A stretch of 60,160 bases of DNA, counting the filler, from Basidiobolus ranarum (taxonomy: Eukaryota), in the NCBI GenBank assembly GCA_040143965.1. It is 8 parts of 8 records of this genome, joined end to end, with 100 filler letters (N's around TTAATTAATTAA, not from the genome) between each part and the next. Parts side by side here need not be neighbours in the genome. Positions count along the whole stretch, not along the records: positions 1 to 7,472 come from JASJQH010001116.1; positions 7,573 to 15,018 come from JASJQH010001117.1; 6 more parts are not named here. The stretch is one strand, 5' to 3'. Below, one piece after another: positions 1 to 12,245 of the stretch. Made by a program: the position numbers and the translations under genes. The stretch's first letter is position 1, and the number at the start of each line of letters is the position of its first letter. A model generated the notes under the pieces. The model saw only the letters and a list, made by a program, of their open reading frames with translations, did no database searches and was not told where the DNA came from.

Positions 1-830
1 TCAAAGACCGTGAAACAAGCCAAGGTATCAGCCAATAGCCAGGATCACACGACTTTCTTTTATCTCAAGGCTATTTTCGCAGTACTGTTGGTATCCAATG
101 CTGCATCATTTGACATTCATCGGTCAGCTGATTGCAAGATGCTTAGACTATGGTGGGAAAGCATGTGGAGCGTACGATTCCAACTTGACGCACCAGTCAA
201 TGAAACTTCCCACCATACAGCCCCCCAATTACACTAATCCCAAGTCAGGCAAATGACTTTTTTTGGATTTTCTCACCATTGTTTATCGGCTAATGATTCA
301 CAGTCGCTTCCTCCCCTCACACCAGACCTAAGTTGTGGAGGAAAGCCCCTTTCAAGGTCTAGGGCAACTCACACTCTCTACGGCGGTTGTCATGCACCCA
401 TCCACAATCCAAATCTAAGCACACGAGTGATGTGTATTGGAGATGACCGCCATCCCTGTGGGAAGCTCAACAATGATGCACACTCTGGTTGACAACCAGT
501 ACTTGCAGAAACAAGGGAATCAAGCATCCAATCATTTCTGACACCCTGAAAAGGAAACGATTTTTGGTTACTCATAAATGTGACCAAGGTATCAGAAACC
601 CCTGGATTTCCCATCATACTATACCTTGAGATAGGGGTTGTCGTCCAAATCCATGTTCGATTAAATCTACCTGCCTTTTGGTACTATGTTGACCAGATAT
701 CAAGTACTGAACCCTTCTTGATGGCCAAGAGGCCAAAGGTATGTTAAGACATAATGGAAGCTACTTACCCCTGTCCTGCGTCCATTTGTAAACACAAAGC
801 AGACACTCCAGTCGGTTGGCAAGCCTGACA
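1..830 (+). mobile_element. Possible highly decayed Ty3/gypsy integrase relic
   Basis: Only scattered motif-like peptides (WWESMW near 150; RLNLPAFW near 658-681, resembling the gypsy integrase C-terminus). No intact ORF. Confidence 0.3.
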
Positions 831-1317
831 TCGATCATAAAACATTGGTTAGGTTGCATATATGCGCATTACTTAGCTGGAACCTCGCTTCGAGCAACAA
901 ACGATTTCATCCTCCATAAAACGTAGGACATTTAGCATCATTGAGCGTGGTAGACTATCTTTAAAGCTTAGAAACCTGAGCTCAAGACATTAAAGGGTTC
1001 GTACGGAAATAACAGTAAGTGATGTAGCCATGTTATGTGACTTCATGATTGCTGTGCTAGCTGTGGCTATCATCGACTAATCAATGTTTACCAAATTTAA
1101 CGACTGCGGATAATCAATTAGGAATAGTGACTTGACTTAGCCAATTCCGATGAACAAATAAATATCCTACTTGCTGGTAATTGAGCTAGAATAGCAGTTT
1201 TAGTACATTATTATTATTACATTTCTTCAAGCCACATTGAGAGCTAGTCACCAAAAACTAAGCTCTACATCCTTTTTAGTTTCAAAAGCTTGTTGAACAC
1301 AGTTTACATCGACAGCA

Positions 1318-4300
1318 ATGTCTTTTGCTGGTTATCTTTTCGGAAACATTGATGAAAAAGGTCATCTGGACAACACTGGCTTAGATGAGGTTGATATATA
1401 TATGCATATATATACTTGAATTATAACTCGCAATACAAAGGAATATAACAATACAAGTGAATGCAATTCGACAACTTTTTCTCAACCATTTTATCATTTA
1501 TCAGGAACTAAGAGAAAGTCTAGAAAAAGTCACTGAAGATGGGGATAATCGTTTGCTAGATCAGTTTTTTTCTGTTAGTTCACTTGGCCTCGATCGTAAC
1601 GATGAGTATGCCCAAGAGAATGCAGTGTCTGATGTGGAGATAAACAGCATGGCAGAAAATGTAGATCTAGTCAAACCTGTTGAAGATGCTGTCGATTATT
1701 CAGATTTTAATGAGTTAGCGGACGATCAAATGTTCACAAATAAATATTTTCAACGGGGCATGAGGGCCATGAACTCCGGAGATTCCAGCTTGCGAAACAT
1801 ATCGCGACTCTCAAATGCAACCAGTGATCTTGACGATGATTACGACGTGGACAACTCGAAGGAGGACAGGATAAAAACCACCATCTCTTTGGCTGACATC
1901 CAAAAGCCACAGCAACCTACGATAGCAACGATAGAACCATCGGCTCTCACCATTCACTCTAAAATCATTGATAACGAAAACCACCCCGTTGATATCAAAG
2001 CTCTGTATCCAGCTTTTGAGAAAGATAGAATTCTGAAGTTCTCCGATCTATTTTCAATCAAAATTCCCAAACGATACTACAAACCGAAGAAAAGTGAGCC
2101 ATTTTATTGTTTTTTATAGCAAGTAGTCTCTATTATTTCGTGAAAAATGGATAATTACTTTATTAAACGCGATAATACGCGCTAATAACTTTGCATTTAT
2201 TTTAGCTTTGACAATCTCTGCACCACAGGACGTGTCTTTTGCCACTGATGACCGCGATTTGTTTGAGTTACCTCTTAATATTGAACCTAGAATGAGTGTT
2301 ATCCAACAATATTGTGGATCCCTCGATGGCCCTGATCTCGACGTAAATAAACAAGAAGCGTTTGTTACTCTACCTTCTGAATCAGATGAAGATAGTGAGG
2401 AAGACATTAAGGTGATAGATTCTCGTTGAAAGATGTTGCTGTCAAATCACTCACATACATTTAAGAATACGGCAGAGACACTAGAAACGGAATTCAAAGT
2501 CCCTGAAATATATCATTCTGTGATGCTTGACTCTTGGGAAGATAAAATAGTATGGGACGACAACGAGGAGGAGCAAGATGATGGGTATTGAATCAACAAA
2601 AATTACCTATGTACGAAAGCTAACCAAAACTACTATAGTCTTGATCTTCATTCTGACTCTCAAGCACAAGTAAATAGATACAATTTATATCCACCATTGA
2701 GTCATGAAAGTCTTGGAATTTACTTTTCTTTTGTAGAGCAAACTAAAGCACTCGAACGATATATTTTCCTTTCGAAATTATGACATGGAAGATGGGGACT
2801 GGACTAAATCCATCATATGGGATTTCAAAGAGCCCTTTGTTCCATTTACAAAGTTAATCCTGGACTTGAATGACACCAATATGCTTTTTGATACCAACTC
2901 CAACTTGGACTTTCAAAAATCTTCCAGTCACGAACAGAAAAGTAATATGTCTTTCTATGATTTGTGTAAGATTGTACTCAACTGCTTATATCATGTAGCC
3001 AGTAAGAAATCCAAGAAATCCGCTAAAAAAGCTATAATTCAGGTAGAGGCGCCAAGGCTCGATCCTAGAAGCAAAGCTACTCTGGATAAATTTAATCTTT
3101 CAAATGATCGCTATTATGAGGCTTTGAAAAAGAGAAGAGTGCGACAAACATTTGGTCAACTAGATGTTCAACATTCGCTACCTGCACTACGGCTACAGGC
3201 TCCATTCGTTAGTATATATATATTGTACCAAGTTTTGTACAAGCTCATACCAATTTATTTGAGTAGTTCAAATCAAAACTAACCAAAGGAGATCTTCGCG
3301 CTTTCCACCGCCCTTCAGCACAATTTCCTCATAATGTTTTGTTGAAAATATCTCGAGTTAGAAGTGGAAAAAAGAAGAAATCCAAGAAAGAATTTAGCGA
3401 AATCATACGTAGTTCTAAAGATTTAAGTCTGAAGGATCGCTCAAATTACATTCTTCTGGAGTACTCTGTAAGTGAGGATGACTTTCTTGCTGTAATTATG
3501 GTTGCTTATGATAGGAGAATTATAGGAGGAATACCCACCTATCGTTCAAAACACTGGTATGGGAAGTTTGCTCATTAACTACTACCGTAAGATAGACAAC
3601 GACGACGAAGAAGTACCACAGGTACAATATCTATTTCCTTGGCTCGATTGATAGTTTTGATTATTCTAATCGCCTTTAGTTGGATATTGGAGATCCTTTT
3701 ATATTAGATGTTGCAGATGCATCACCTTTTATGAACTTTGGAAACGTCGAACCGGGACAAATCATTCAGACTTTATATAACAATCTAATACGTGCACCAC
3801 TGTTTAAACAACCTGCACGAGAAACTGATTTTCTTCTGATAAGGTCAGTTTGAATTGAACCTTCCTACCGTAAGCTCATATATACTAACGTCTTTTTTAG
3901 ACACACATATAAAGGTACAGCGAAATACTATATTCGAGAAATTCCCTATCTGTTTGTTGTTGGACAGACATATCCTGTTCAAGAAGTACCAGGGCCTCAC
4001 TCTCGCAAAATCACCACGACCATTAAAAACAGACTTCAGGTAAATATGGCCACTTGTCTTTTCATGAAGTAAAGTAGATTGACACATGATACTCCGATAC
4101 AATCAATAGGTTGCTGCATATCGGATAATCAAGAAAGATCCACAACATGTCTTGAAAGTCAGTAAACTAGCGAGGGCGTTTCCTGAATATTCGGAAGGCC
4201 AAATCAGACAAAGGTTAAAGGTTTGGGATGTATTGATTATTTATCCCTTGACAACCTTACTCTAACTCAGATCCTCTTTATGCAGGAATTCGCAGAGTTT

Positions 4301-6101
4301 CAAAGAAAGGGAGATGTTAATGGATGCTGGAAACTAAAACCCCATGTACCACTTCCGGTTGAGGAAGATCTTAGAAAAATGGTAACTCCTGAAATGGTTT
4401 GCCTTTATGAAAGTATGCTTGTTGGTCAAAGACACCTCCAGGATGCTGGTTATGGCAAATCAGCTGATGGTGAAGAAGAGACTAACGAAGATTCCGAAAG
4501 TAAACTTGACATTGAAGAGCAATTAGCCCCTTGGATCACTACAAGAAACTTCATTTACGCTACTCAGGTAAATATTGATCAACATATAGTCGTAAATTAA
4601 CAGCTTATTAAAATTCATTGTCCTTTAGGGTAAAGCAATGTTGAAGTTACATGGTCCAGGTGACCCAACTGGACGGGGAGAAGGTTTTAGTTTTATCAGG
4701 GTCTCAATGAAAGATATTTTTTTGAGAGCTGGTGAATCAGCAGAAGAGAAGCTCGGTAATTAGCCCAGTTCATCAATATTAATCAAGCTAAACTAAAGTT
4801 AACTCCATTATCACCAGCTGAGATCGAAGCTCGGCCTAAAAGTGCCCATCGTTACAATGTAGCTGAGCAGCAACAGATTTACAGAGAAGAGGTATTTATT
4901 AATACCGGATTTTACTAGCATTAATTCAATTAACCTTAACTCTACTCTCAGATTGCCAGAATCTGGAACGCACAATTTCAAGCCTTAAGTAGTACCGAAG
5001 AGCTCCCTATGTCCGAAGAAGAAAGTGGAGACAACCTAGACGATGTAACAACCTTTTTTGAAATATTAATCGGAGGTCGACATCTAATCAGGAACTATTG
5101 AAACTTTCAGGAACTACACACTCCATCACATCGATTCCGCTCCCGGTCACTGTCCGTATGCTCTGTTGACGATGATCTTTCAGTATCTGGGATTGGTAAT
5201 CAGAATAAAATACTAGTAATTAAACGTCTTGTAAGGGACAAGAATGGTGAGACATCTTGGCAATCTGAAGTAGTTAAAGATCCAGTCGTGATGAACGCTT
5301 ATCTCCGTCAGCGCCAGTTGATTGAAGAACAAACGACCAGGTAGAGTCGAAACATTTATTGCTAACCCCAATCATTGTAACCAATATCTCCGCTCTTTTA
5401 GCGTTGAGATGCTTGAGCCTAGTAATGATGAAGATAAGAACAGAAGAATGAAGAAGAGGTTTGAACATATGCATAGCACTCTATCTAAATACAAACTGTA
5501 ACACAAAATCATTAGAATTCAAGATCGGTTGGCAACACTAAAGCGGAACCAAGAGCGACGTCAAGCTCGAGCCAAAGCCCGTGAAGTAACTCTTTCTAGT
5601 CTCAAGTCCAGTAGTATTTTGTCCTCGGCAACCCCTACTAAGAGTGGAAAGAAGGAGCTTATTGTAAGCCCTTGTGTGTTATTTTTCTCCATTGTTGAAA
5701 GTCTCTGATAAATGTTTATTACAGCGTCGTTGTGGTAATTGTGGTGAACTTGGCCACATGAAAACCAACAAGAAATGCCCAATGTATTATAGCAGCGTTA
5801 ATTCCTCCAATGTGGGCACACCTGTCCCTATTAGAGAACAAGATGGATCTTTTCAAGACGATGAGCCTACAATTAGAGTTGAAGGCACCAAAATATCCAT
5901 ACCAAAGTCTGCTATACAAAAGTCAGTGAAACTTTCCAGTTACCCAATACTCAATTCAGTATCTAATATAATATATTTAGAGTGTCAGAGCCTCTTACTG
6001 TACGTTTACCCTCCAATATTTTCACCAACACAAAGCGGAAACGGAATGAGGAATCAGACGGCGAAGATACTTCTGCTGACTTGGCTCAATCTCGTAGATA
6101 A
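1318..6101 (+). CDS. TAF1: TFIID subunit 1 (TAF1), about 20 short introns; no bromodomain seen
   Basis: ATG at 1318 gives MSFAGYLFGNIDEKG (TAND-like). Core TAF1 (DUF3591) motifs: FNLSNDRYY, LLEYSEEYPP, VTPEMVCLYESM, EEQLAPWITTRNF, LHGPGDPTGRGEGFSF. Zinc knuckle CGNCGELGHMKTNKKCP. Last exon ends ...AQSRR*, TAA 6099-6101. The GT-AG intron junctions I checked keep the frame. Confidence 0.95.
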
Positions 6102-6449
6102 TAGAGCAACATACTTGTATAGAAATGATTTATTGTTTAGTTTTGAAAATTCCGATATTTGCTTTAAAGATGCAACCAATTTCCGGACTTTACTGCATCA
6201 TTATAGTAAGCGAAACAACCATGATGATAGTGGCGTTATGTATTTGACATTTGTGTAAAATAAAGAATAAATATGCAGAACCTCATAGCAGCCCTTCTCA
6301 CCTACATAATTAGACGGATCCATTGATGTCTTCATCTCTGGTAATTTACTTAACATACAGATAGGCCGATTACACCAAATCACCACATGTCGGTTTTGAA
6401 ACTCTTGAAGAATATGAATGATTACTATGTGGTATGTCAATAAACTACA

Positions 6450-6900
6450 TCAGGTATTTCCAGTTGATTCAACCTTTATTGAGACTGGTGGGGCTACCAC
6501 CTGCAGTGCTCATAATTGATTTAGACTGTTCCATAGTAATCTTAGTTCAGTTACAACTCACACAAACAGGTAGTTCATTAAATCGCAGATCAGCAGGAAA
6601 TGGAATTTTCATCCATGATCTGAAACAATACTCAGTAAGCCTGGTAAGATCACATGTGAATAATGCACATGGAATTGTACCTACAAACCGGCCAAGTATG
6701 TTTGCTGGATTAAAAACCCAGTTTTATGGTTCATTGTGGGATGGGAGGTTTCCCATTTGGAAGATTGACCAGCATGGAAGGTGTCCACAGATTCTTACTT
6801 GCATCCATAAACCCAACACCATCCTATGACTTGGAATGGAGAAGTTTATGTGTCATCCTGATGAAATCCTTTTCATCATCGAAATACTGCCAGTCTACCT
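6450..6900 (-). mobile_element. Decayed Ty3/gypsy integrase core fragment
   Basis: Minus strand 6641-6603 reads GLLSIVSDHG*KF, matching the gypsy integrase GLPxxIVSDRGxxF motif. CAT and TGA codons there are consistent with CGT/CGA decay. Confidence 0.5.
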
Positions 6901-7472
6901 GATTGGTGCAATATCCCAAAATATCTCGCCTCTAATTATAGTTGTAGTTCAAATTACTCATCGTAAAACCTCACACCCCTGATTGGTTACGAGAGAGAAT
7001 TGGTCCCAGTCCATATTTGTAAATTGTCCAGAACTTCACGCATTTGGATTATTTATCACCTACGTAAGCTACGTATGCAGATATTGGAATATCGATCAAA
7101 TTGGATTCCGCTGAATTCTACAACAAATGAGTATCGAGTATATAAGGTATCGTGAGCGAAGATGCCCCGAGGTTTCTACTGGGAACAGGATTTCAATTCT
7201 AAATCATGCCTTCCAAAACACTTATCGCCTACGACTTTGACTGGTACTTAAGACATGTCCATCTAAGCTATTGGATCAGTTGATTAACTTACTTTTAAAT
7301 GTTTCTTCACCTCTCTCGGATGATTCCAGGTCTTTGATCGATGAAGATAGGTAATGATTCGCGTGATAATATCGATTTAATCCCTACCAGATTGTAACCA
7401 TCTTTTGTCTGTGTGATTAGCGATAACTTTTTGGTGAGCAAACTGAGCAGTCTCCTGGGACAAAAGATGTCC

Positions 7473-7572
7473 NNNNNNNNNNNNNNNNNNNNNNNNNNNN
7501 NNNNNNNNNNNNNNNNTTAATTAATTAANNNNNNNNNNNNNNNNNNNNNNNNNNNNNNNNNNNNNNNNNNNN
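7473..7572. other. Artificial contig spacer (44 N + TTAATTAATTAA + 44 N); identical copies at 15019-15118, 22557-22656, 30089-30188, 37615-37714, 45133-45232, 52648-52747
   Basis: The same 100-bp linker with stops in all six frames occurs 7 times. Flanking segments decrease steadily in length (7472, 7446, 7438, 7432, 7426, 7418, 7415), consistent with size-sorted contigs. Genes are cut at the edges. Confidence 0.99.
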
Positions 7573-7993
7573 TACTTTGTAATTGTATGCATGGGCGTTT
7601 GTGGTTCAGATCCTAGCAATCTGGTGTAGTATAATTGTACCCATTTCAAATCGCTGGTCCTTGGACTGAGCCGATTGCGGTATTTCTTTAATTCAAAATG
7701 CCTATAAAATCTTCCGTTTAAGGAATTATCTAATTAGTGTTGTACTATCCAATAATTGCTAATTATCCTTCAAGTTTATCTGGATCATTAATATACTACA
7801 CATACTCTAGGTGAAATTTCCTTTCGTTTCTGCAAATCGACTCAAGATTACTGCCAAATCGTCTGTGTATTTGAAGAAACAGTGGTGCTTCTCTTCGCGC
7901 TCTTCCCCTTCCTTTCCCATCCTATAGAGATACTTTAAGATAATCCCCGCACTTCACCATTTTGACACATCGATATTACTAGTCATCCCTCTA

Positions 7994-10900
7994 ATGTCTT
8001 CTTTGTTGTATTCCAAACATGCAAAGTTAATCGAAAATTGTTATCCTACCATCACAGGAGAAACATCTCCAAAATCCAGTGAAACTTCGTATCTTCTTTT
8101 TTATGCTTCTTCAAGACCAGCCAAGCTTTTAAAGGTAGCAAATTATTTGGAAAAGCGAATGGTTAACGATACCTATAAAAAGCGTAAACTGTGAGTGGCT
8201 TGATTTCGTTTATAGTATTGAATGGCGTGTAGAGAAATACCACAACCATAGTACCCCATAGCCTATTGAATTTTCATACCGCGCTCTCAATTCTCTCAGT
8301 AACCCCCAATTTCTATTTCATAGTGATATCAAAGTGACGTTAGCCATTATGAATTCTTTACTGACCACTTGTACGAAAGACATCAACTTATTCGCCAAAG
8401 GCGTATTGAAGTCCATCTCATTGGTCCTTGATTCTGGAGATCATGAAATCATGTGGGAGGCTTGTCGGACGGTAACTTCACTTTTGTTGCATTAACAAAG
8501 GATGAATGAATTTTATTGTTCTATGTATTAATTCGGGTCATTTAGTTTGGTGAATTTTGTATATTCTATGATGGCTCAGCTTTAGGAGTTGACAAAGAAC
8601 TCACGATACTTTTGGATTCCCTTGTTATTCGATTTTGCAGTTTCTGTGACGCAAGTGACGCTGAAACACAGGAAAATGTACTAAAGTAAGTATTTGACTG
8701 ATTGGAGATCGTTAAGATACTTCACTAAAGCACTTTAACTTTAGGATGAAGCTACTGGGTTTGAAAGCAATTGGTCCATTGATGTCTAGCGAACTGATAA
8801 AGACTACCCATGCAAGAGATTATTTTGATTGTATTATACCTTCTCTTCTAGTGAATATAAAGCAACTTGAAGCAAACAATTCTTGCGAGTGAGTTCAAGA
8901 TATTTGAAAGTTTTGAGCAAGTGCACGTATTTATCTTCCCATCCATGTAGAACCCAAATTGACGAGACCTCAGAAGTGGAGGCGGATCTGCACACGGTTA
9001 CTGTGGATGCTCTTAACTTGATAGCTTTAAAATATTTCAAAGACTTGATCCGAACCTGTGGCGCGGCTAATTTACATATCGTTACCGAGCTAGCATTCAA
9101 GTAAAGGGTTTCAACTATTTAGTAACTTACAACAAAGGTCTCACGCACATCATTAAGATTTCTAGATGATTTTAACATGTGGCACCGCGAATGCTACGAC
9201 ATTAGTTTGGTTCATTTCCTCATAACTGAGATGGAGGTCTGTCTTCAAACGGGTCATCATGTCTAAGTGTCTTATCTGCTAACATGGATTATTTCTAGCC
9301 ATCCTATCGTCACATAGTAATTAATGAAATCCTAAGAAGACTAAATACCTGCGCTGGGGGAGAGCTGGACCAAAAGAAGGTGATGTTGGCGTCGATGCTT
9401 GCGTCGGTATTGACTAATCGAACTATCACAGTGGGGATTTCAGTGTTGGAGATATTGAACGCTCTGATCAACCATTATATCAAATCATTTAATGACACTT
9501 CGCAAGGAATACAAGGATTCCGGGAGAGCTTGCTCGAGGCAGTTGGTAAGTGGATGTGTTTGTGTTCATCTTCGATCGATTTTTGGATTGGTCGCTGATC
9601 ATTGGTACAAAAGGTGGCTTGGCAACGCATGTATATTATCCAGACCAGATAAATGACATTCTAAGCTTCATCGTAAACAAACTTCGCCTTGGTTCTCGAG
9701 AGGAAAGTGTAGACGGACTTTCGATATCTACATTACGTGTAGCTCTGCTGCACTGTATGTCCATAGCAATTTCAAAAAGCGAAAAGCACGCGCAGGAACA
9801 ATCAGTTGTCTGTAGAATGGGTATTCCGTTCCGGATTATCTCCCCTACTCTGTCGTTGTTCATGGATGCGAATCCTAGTAAGAAAGCCTTCTTTCAAGAT
9901 GTGATTGTTCTCAAGTCTTATTATTTTATATTCAAGCTGTACGCAAGAGCTATGGCCTGTTCTTCCTGTGCTATTTGGAAAGCGATATTGAGAATTGGTA
10001 GGTGCATGCTAGTTATGATTAAAAGGAAGGTGCGAGATTGCTAACGCACATGATATCATATAGGAATACCACCTCGCGTAAGCTTTCATCCAAGGGAAGG
10101 GTAGGTTACCTCAATGTATGAGAGAGCCATGGATAGATGATTCCTAAATATTCCATTTGCTTTTACTTTTTAGTTGATCTACCGAGCCAATGATCCGGGG
10201 ACAGAGTTCCGCACATCACTTCATGAAGTGATCTTCGACTATGCTACATCTAACTTTACACTTCCCTTAGACTATGCCTTGATATTATTCATCTTAAAGA
10301 CTATGGTTCGTAAGTTTGAGCATGAGGAGTTTGTACGAGCTATCCCGATGCTGTTCAAGTTACAGGTAAATCCTTGAGAGTTATCTCCTTCTCAACTTCA
10401 CTTGCTAATTGCTTTGGCTCTATAGGCTCTGAACGAGCACACTCCACCTGAAGAAAAACTATCACAGCAGGCCTTGGATCAAATCATCGCTTCTTATTTC
10501 CTCTACGCAAGCGAAGTTCTGGATATTCCTCAACTAACTACATATATTGAAGAGGTATCTAAAATCCAGAATACAGGTCCCCCAATGGTCAACTAATATC
10601 CTAGCCATTCTTGAATAGATAATTACTACTAGAAAAAGTCATGAACAATGGTATCCTGACCTAGAGATAACCATGCCCTCCAATCTAGATGGATTAGAAG
10701 GAAAAGAATTCGAGTAAGCTACAGCTGAAGCAGTATTTCCCATTCACCATCATGTTGAACCTTTTCTTTACTGTAGTCAAATGATCACACCCAAAGAGAG
10801 AACAACTCACATCCCTATCTCGTTAGATAATATTAAAAATATTCTCAGTTGGAATTCCGAGTTACGTCAGAAATTCTCAGATCTCGAGAAACGTCTAACT

Positions 10901-11511
10901 GTGGATTACGTACCAGACGCTAATGGCTACGACTTCCAAAATACCAAGGGGAGAATTCGTACCTCACGAATCATCGATGGACTTAAACCTAAGATCGCCC
11001 AACCCTCCCTGAAGAAACCCGAGGTTGACTATGTTTGAAACTTAATTTACTACCAACTTTTCTAACCTAACTTTAGAACATTTCAGGAGAAACCAAGCCG
11101 GTGAAGTTTGAAACGTTGAGAGATGCTCTTTGTAGGTTATCCTTGTTATTACTACTTCATTATTTTCTTTTCTTTACTCAGTGTTTGCCTTTTAAGCAAC
11201 GGTGAATGATTCTATTGAGGTAGACACGGATTCTTCTGATGTGCAATCATGGTCACGGAGTACCACCGAAAAAGTACGTGATTTATCAGTGGAGTTGAAA
11301 CCAGGGGGGTCCTTACTGAACCTTATTTTTTGCAGAGTAAAAGTGTTAGATCTAATGTTTCCGACATCCTTAGCAAGATTAGTGCTAAAAGCTCCAACAG
11401 GTAAATGTTTTACATCTAATCTTATTGTCCTCTATTTTTATTGACCTATCAATCTTTCATAGCTCTTTATCTCTAGTGAACAGTCCATATTTGACTTCAC
11501 GTATTAAATGA
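7994..11511 (+). CDS. EFR3: EFR3 (plasma-membrane anchor of the PI4-kinase Stt4/PI4KIIIa complex), multi-exon
   Basis: N-terminus KHAKLIENCYP...PKSSETSYLLFYASSRPAKLLKVANYLEKR is the EFR3 signature. Later exons carry VGISVLEILNALI and GGLATHVYYPDQINDIL. Many GT-AG introns. The 3' end (TGA 11509-11511) comes from manual splicing. Confidence 0.9.
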
Positions 11512-11790
11512 TATTGCAATCCTACTATGCTTAATTCTTTCATGAAACATCGCTCCTTTCAATGTATCTATCACTTCCTTAGAATTTGATTCCTTCATAT
11601 TTTTTCTTCATTCTTTTGCTCACGCTATATACATCTTTTATTAATACATCACTTCATTTTACAAATCACTACTATGAAGCTAAAATCTCTGTTGCTGAAT
11701 TTATATAGTTAGTCATTGCACAATAATATCTGTATTCTATATCGCAATTATGCTAAGAGATATTGGGGATTGACTGGCTTTGTTCACACT

Positions 11791-11972
11791 GGACTTGTTC
11801 CATTGTGCCAGGATCTATTGGGCCTTGGCTCAATATATTAGAGTAATTGTGATTGATATTGATCATGCCTGAGGGTGCTGTATAGTGCCAAATTGTGCCA
11901 CATAAGTTTTAAAATACTTTATCCAATATGATATATGCAGCACAATCTGGCACTATTGCAGGGAACAAGTCC
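11791..11972. mobile_element. MITE (non-autonomous TIR element), copy 1
   Basis: Termini GGACTTGTTCC...GGAACAAGTCC form a perfect 11-bp inverted repeat. Internal inverted repeat 11882-11898 / 11940-11956. Full-length homolog at 28543-28730. Flanks ACT/AAT. Confidence 0.8.
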
Positions 11973-12023
11973 AATATATCAACCAATCAGGTATTTTTCA
12001 GTTAAATCTCTGCCAGTAAATTC

Positions 12024-12245
12024 TGTTGAAATTAGCATTGCCTAAATGCCTATATACTCATATATAGCTTAGTATTTAGTTACCCTATATTTCACTATGA
12101 TATTACTCATTAGTGTCAATTGGAATTTGCTTATAAGTTTGAAAATATATAGATTATTCAAACTTATGCTAGAAGCCCCAAACTTCCTACCCATGTGCTT
12201 GGGTCCTTCCTTAACATATTCTACATATTAGTTTGTTTTGAACTT
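12024..12245 (+). repeat. Partial copia-type LTR (family A)
   Basis: Starts TGTTGAAATTAGCATTGCC. Aligns by eye with LTRs at 36598, 37749 and, inverted, 37336 and 38332. Confidence 0.8.

Noticed and set aside
1394..1415. Palindromic ATATATATGCATATATA in TAF1 intron 1 (similar AT run at ~32575-32605)
   Set aside because: Simple AT microsatellite; self-complementarity is trivial.
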